Below are positions 58,945 to 64,000 of a stretch of 64,000 nucleotides of DNA, piece by piece. Below the pieces are notes generated by a model. That model was not told where the DNA came from. It searched no databases and saw only the letters and a list, made by a program, of their open reading frames with translations. How positions within the stretch are numbered: the stretch's first letter is position 1; every line of letters starts with the position of its first letter. This DNA comes from Antedon mediterranea (lineage: Eukaryota; Animalia; Echinodermata): the NCBI RefSeq assembly GCF_964355755.1, contig NC_092677.1, forward strand, positions 22,617,175 through 22,681,174, given 5' to 3'. The translations under genes were made by a program, and so were the position numbers.

Positions 58945-61900
58945 CTAACGTCTTCGCCCTTTACTACGACTTCTACTTCTTCTACCACCGGATCTACCAA
59001 CGCTTCGACGACGTTCTCTTTCTCTTTCCTGTTCCTTTCTTCTTTTCTCTATCCGTAATTCATTCTGTTTTCTTTCTTCTTCATCTTTTTCCTGCATTTT
59101 CTTTAGTCTCTCTTCTCTTTCTAACTTTCTTTGATTCCTTTCTTTTTCTTTTATTACCATCTGACAATAACAATTTAAAACAGTGTTATAGTTTATTCTG
59201 TGTACAATTATGTGAGAAATACCGAAAACTTTGTTTATAAAACTATATTAAGGCCAATTTACACCAAATAGCAGTAACGGTTAGCGGAAAACAAAAATAT
59301 AGAATTTATGTTATTTCTTATGACCACAAAACGCAGAGCGGACAGGAAGTTAGATACAGGATAAATACAGATTCTACGTGGGACAAGCACAAGGTTTCCA
59401 TTTTTTCTGTGTAAATTGGCTTTTATACTACTTTATTATTTCTATGCAGTTTGATTGATCTTTGACCCAGCATATACCCATTTTAAATGTGTATTCACCA
59501 ATCATGAAAACCAAGTATAATCTTTATTGAGAGTTAATGAAAATCTTTCTGACCTGTTCAGGGGTTAATGGCAGCCAGTAGATGCAAGGTGTTGCTTTTG
59601 TTTTCCGGAACAGATCATCCAGTAGTTTGGCGGGAGGCTCTTCTGGTTCAGGAGATTTTACTGGGGAAAAAACAGTTAAAAATAATATAATGAGTAAAAT
59701 AATAAATAACGAGAACATGTTTTCTTGACCAGAAAATTATTATCTAATGCTCTTATCCAAAGCCACCTATGCCTCCACCTTCAATCTAGACCTAAAGAAG
59801 AATTGATAAAAAAAAGACTACATGTTTCATTCTTGAGCTAGGTCCCTGTGATCGTATTGGTAAAATTGAGCTAGATAAGGTTGGATATTTAAATATTGAA
59901 AACAGGGTAATACTGCAATTCGAAAATGTAATACCACTTTTTATTATCATGGAATAAAAGCTTGGAACAATTTACCTAATGATATAAACTGTATTAATAA
60001 TAATAATAAATATTTGCAAACAGGCTGTTAAAAAGCACTTAGTCTTATGCCTGTATAACAAATACTTTATTCTCGGTTCATCCAATTTGTTATTGCCTAT
60101 TTTTAAATTGTATATATTCTGCCATATATTATTGTTATGCGTGGTTCATTTGTATGTTTATGCTGTTTGTTGTGATTGTCTTTGCTGTTTTTAAAGTTGA
60201 TTTTCTTTCAACTTTATGGGCTATCCTTGGTTTCTTATTTAATGTATTTGCTTGTAAAATTGTTTGTATTCAAATTGTCTTGTAATCTTATATTGAAACC
60301 GAATAAAAAGCAAATCTAGTACCAACACAATGTAACAGAATGTAAATGGTGCCTAGGATAATCTTTTCACAAGCTACATAATTGATTAGAAAGATAAGCC
60401 CATATGCATATTATTCCAGAAAAGCTATATATACTGTATATAAAATTGAGGTCCTACTGTACTACTACTGTATTGATCATATTCTATATTATAATCAAAT
60501 GAGCATAGAGAAACCAACCTTTGTGTCTGGCAGATCTTTCATCAGGGCGATCTCGCCTTCTTCGATCGTGTGATGAACTTCTTCTTGGTCGTTCTTCCTG
60601 TGTACTTTCTCTCATTGTGATATCTCTCTTCCGGTCTCTACCAACTTCCTTCTCTTTCAATCGCTCTTGTCTTGCCTTTTCTCGTTCATGTCGCACATCT
60701 TTCTTTTCTGTTTCTTGCTTTACTTCCCGTTCAACAAGTTTTGGTACTTGTATTCCTTTAGCTCTCAATAACTAATATAAACCGTAGAATACACAATATA
60801 TATCTGATATTTCGTAACATTATCTGGGAAAAAAATGTTTCGGTCAAGCCCTGGCCCTATTTTCCTCCGTTGAAGAGTCATCAGTCTCTACTTTACATAT
60901 TCACTAAAGGAAACCTATTTTTAGGCCTATAAACAATTTTAGAAGTTGAGGTTGTATTAATTCTATTGTTTCATTAGTACTTTCAAAACGAATACAAAAA
61001 TAAATCATCAAACAAATTAAGATAAATTTATCGGTATATATATACAGTATTGGTTGTATCCATTGGTATGGGATATATTGCGACTGCTTTCCCAGAAATT
61101 CAAGATATTCAGCAATATGATGTTTTCTTGTTGCGATGACTCTGGGGTTAAAACTATCAACTAGAAGCTATGATATAATAGATTACAAACCTCATTCTCT
61201 GCGGCAAACTCGACATGCAACACTTTAGGATTGCTACTAGGCCACTTCTTACCATGCAAAGCCTCGCGGGCAGCACATGCTTCCTCTTTAGTGCTATACT
61301 ATAATAACAAATGTTGAAATATTAATCCGTCTATTTAACTATTAATCCATAACTCAATAGGTGAAAAAAAGGAAACAAGAGAGAGCAGTCTTATTTAGCT
61401 CCATTTGTTTCACAAATGTTTAAATACATTGGTCAATTTTGCAAAGTGGAAATTTTTTTAAATATTTTTTCTACCAAACTGCTGCCCTTATAACTATTTT
61501 TGGTCAGAAAGAATATGCTGACCAATTTAGCAGAAAGTCTAGGGCTAGCAGTTTGAACTTTTAATAACTGTAAAATATATGATGTAGTACGTACAGTAGC
61601 ATAGCAATGTGATTTGATATTATCAATCCAGAAGCCTTCCGTAACAAGTGTTCCTGATCTCTGTAGAAGTTCTTTCAATTGGCCAACAGTGTATGGCCTC
61701 ACTAGATGGGTAATGTGAATGATTTCACTACGAGGTCTACGAGATGGTGTCTGTTTGTTGTTCACAGTAATAGGTTCATCAATTGATACACGCACTTGTG
61801 GTCTAATTATGCTTTTTGCTGGTGGCTCTGAAATGAAATCATAATAATAATATACATGTTCAATAAATTAATAATGTGTACAGAATAGTCTCATTACAAT

Positions 61901-62476
61901 GCTCATCTAGTTGTTGAATGACCTAGATTACCTTCTAGCCGTCATCAATAAATTATGGATAAAGTGTATTTTAGAATAGGATGTGTGATAAATAATGAAT
62001 GTGTTGTATTCATTAAATCCTTTTTTCCTTACTGTAGGAGTAAAATTATTTGATGACTCACCATTCTCTTTCATTTGAACTTTTTGCTGTTCTGTTTTAC
62101 TTGGCTCTTTTTCGGATTTCTTTTCCTTCTTTTCACCATTCTTTTTCTCATCATCATTTTCTTGTTTACCTTCGGCATCTTCATTCTCAGAACTATCACT
62201 GTCGTCATCTGAATCACTGGAATCACCGTCATCATCTTCACCACTTTCATCATCTTCTTCCTCCTTCTTTGTTTCACTATCATCCATCTTTTCCTCTTTG
62301 TTTGTATCTGCATCATCCTCCATGTTATCACTGGCAACTTCTTGCGTTATCACCCTCCTTATCTTTGTAGGAGATTCTTCTTCTGTAGGTTTTTCAACAT
62401 CAAAATCATCACGTTGTTCTTCATATATATCAATAGCTACATTATCAGGATTTGTAACAATTTCAGGCATTATCTC
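58945..62476 (-). CDS. ACIN1: Acinus (apoptotic chromatin condensation inducer, ASAP complex subunit), 3' exons; 5' exons not located in the window
   Basis: Exons (minus strand) 62476-62062 (acidic), 61827-61595, 61298-61191, 60771-60519, 59660-59554, 59160-58945. [55 protein letters not shown]; RSB motif [25 protein letters not shown]; RE/RS-rich tail. Confidence 0.95.
59810..60310 (+). mobile_element. Decayed LINE 3' end in an ACIN1 intron
   Basis: [17 protein letters not shown] remnant at about 59935-59985, then a T-rich 3' UTR and aataaa. Confidence 0.55.
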
Positions 62477-64000
62477 CTAAAAAAAAACATTATATTACAT
62501 TCACTGCTGATTGACTGTGACGAAAGCATCGTCCATTGTCTTGCGTAATACATCTAAATTTATAAAACGATTAATTTATGGACCTACATCCATCTGTTGT
62601 TAAGCTGCATGATGGCACCATTATTATTTTGTGTTGCACAGTGATATCCAGCTAAATAGCATATCAATTGGGTGTTCATCAGTTCTTAATTTTTTATATG
62701 AAATTTGACAATTTGCTCCAAAAGAAAATGGAGGTAATTTATTCACACATTATTAACATACTGTATAAACAGCACTCCGCAAACCTTATATTTTGCAGCC
62801 TAAAATCTGGTTCCCGGAACCATGCTGCGGCCCAACCAGTCAGCTGGACTGGAGTTTGTGGTAGGTTGTGGTATAATGGACCTCTAGGTCCCCGGAAATT
62901 GTTTATTTTGGAGGGTAACAATTGCGCAGTCTGTGGTTTTTCGCATTTACTAATAATGCATTACTTTTGAAAGTTTAGCGCACATATCAATGGTATGTTT
63001 TGTTGTGCTTTTCTTTCTCATGTCATATCTGTTTCGTGGTTGGCAGAACGTCGCTAATATTAGGCCCTGTTCAGACCCATGGCGTTAGACCGTTTTAGCG
63101 TACAACATTACTATCAAGGTCACGTTACAAACCGCAGAGAAAAAAACGAGGTGTTCAGACCCATAGCGTACGATTATCGTTACAACGGAAGTACGTCATC
63201 CAGGTTGTTTCTAGTTGCATATTCATGTGCTCTTACCCCCGTGTTTTCATCATTATTTCCACTGTATATAGGCCTAGATCTCAGCCCTACAATTATGACA
63301 AAATTTGCCGTAAATAAAACATACCTCAGCATTTATTTAAGAAAAATATAGTAAAGCCAAATTTCTGTTTCTATTGTTTTTATTTTGTAGTAAAAAACAT
63401 TTTCCCCAGGCTCTTGTGTTACGAAAATAAAGCAGGCCTCGTAATGATGAAGAAAAAAATGATTGTGATTAGTCTATCCAGTCCAGTCAAAGATATATAT
63501 TCTTTGGTCCATTCGGTTGAAAATAACCCTTAACTTGCTAATAAAAGGGACACAGCTCCCCTTGTTTGTTTACCGATTTTTTTAGGAGTTAGGGGGTTTT
63601 CAGCATTAAACTTGTCCAGTCTAGTCTGCCTTGTATGAATGAGTGACTTGATGTCCCACGCTAGTTTTTAGCTTGAATGAAATGCGTGAATGGCTCTAGG
63701 CCTACTAGGCCTAAAAGCGGATGGGATCGTAGTCCCTATGTTTAAATACAAGGTGCATGTATTTATGTCATTTGTTAGAAAATATAATGGTAATCAGTTG
63801 ATAATAGTTTGTAGCCTTTGTAACAGTTGTATTTGTAGTGTAGTTAGGCCTTATTTATTCTGGCCTTTTTGTTATTGAAATCCATCTCACACATTGACGA
63901 TACAAGATGTCAGCCTAGGTCAAACCTTGTTTCGCGTCATAACAGGAAACGTTCTGATTGGATACAACGTTGACTTACAGTAGCGTCGTACGCTAAAACG

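Noticed and set aside
62050-62370. His-rich plus-strand ORF
   Set aside because: Antisense shadow of the Asp/Glu-rich ACIN1 exon (GAT/GAA codons read as CAT/TTC).

Overview
AT-rich, intron-containing animal DNA, not prokaryotic. It looks like an invertebrate deuterostome, possibly an echinoderm, but that is an inference from gene and repeat content. Five spliced genes can be assembled by hand from GT-AG junctions. (1) The 3' end of a CCP/sushi-CCP-trypsin-like gene (+, <69-4968) whose protease domain has lost the catalytic Ser. (2) Spindly/SPDL1 (-, 14112-23683). (3) CEP89 (+, 29007-44211), divergent from SPDL1. (4) An ITM2-like type II membrane BRICHOS gene (+, 47125-56627) with a mucin-like insert, a furin site and two possible C-terminal peptides. 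(5) The 3' part of Acinus/ACIN1 (-, 58945->62476). Introns and intergenic DNA hold degraded LINEs, tRNA- and 5S-derived SINEs, many MITEs (several nested), a non-autonomous Helitron, a 34-bp minisatellite and a TAGGCC-rich array. Most short ORFs in the supplied track are exon fragments, transposon remnants or noise. Exon boundaries were read by eye and need RNA-seq confirmation.
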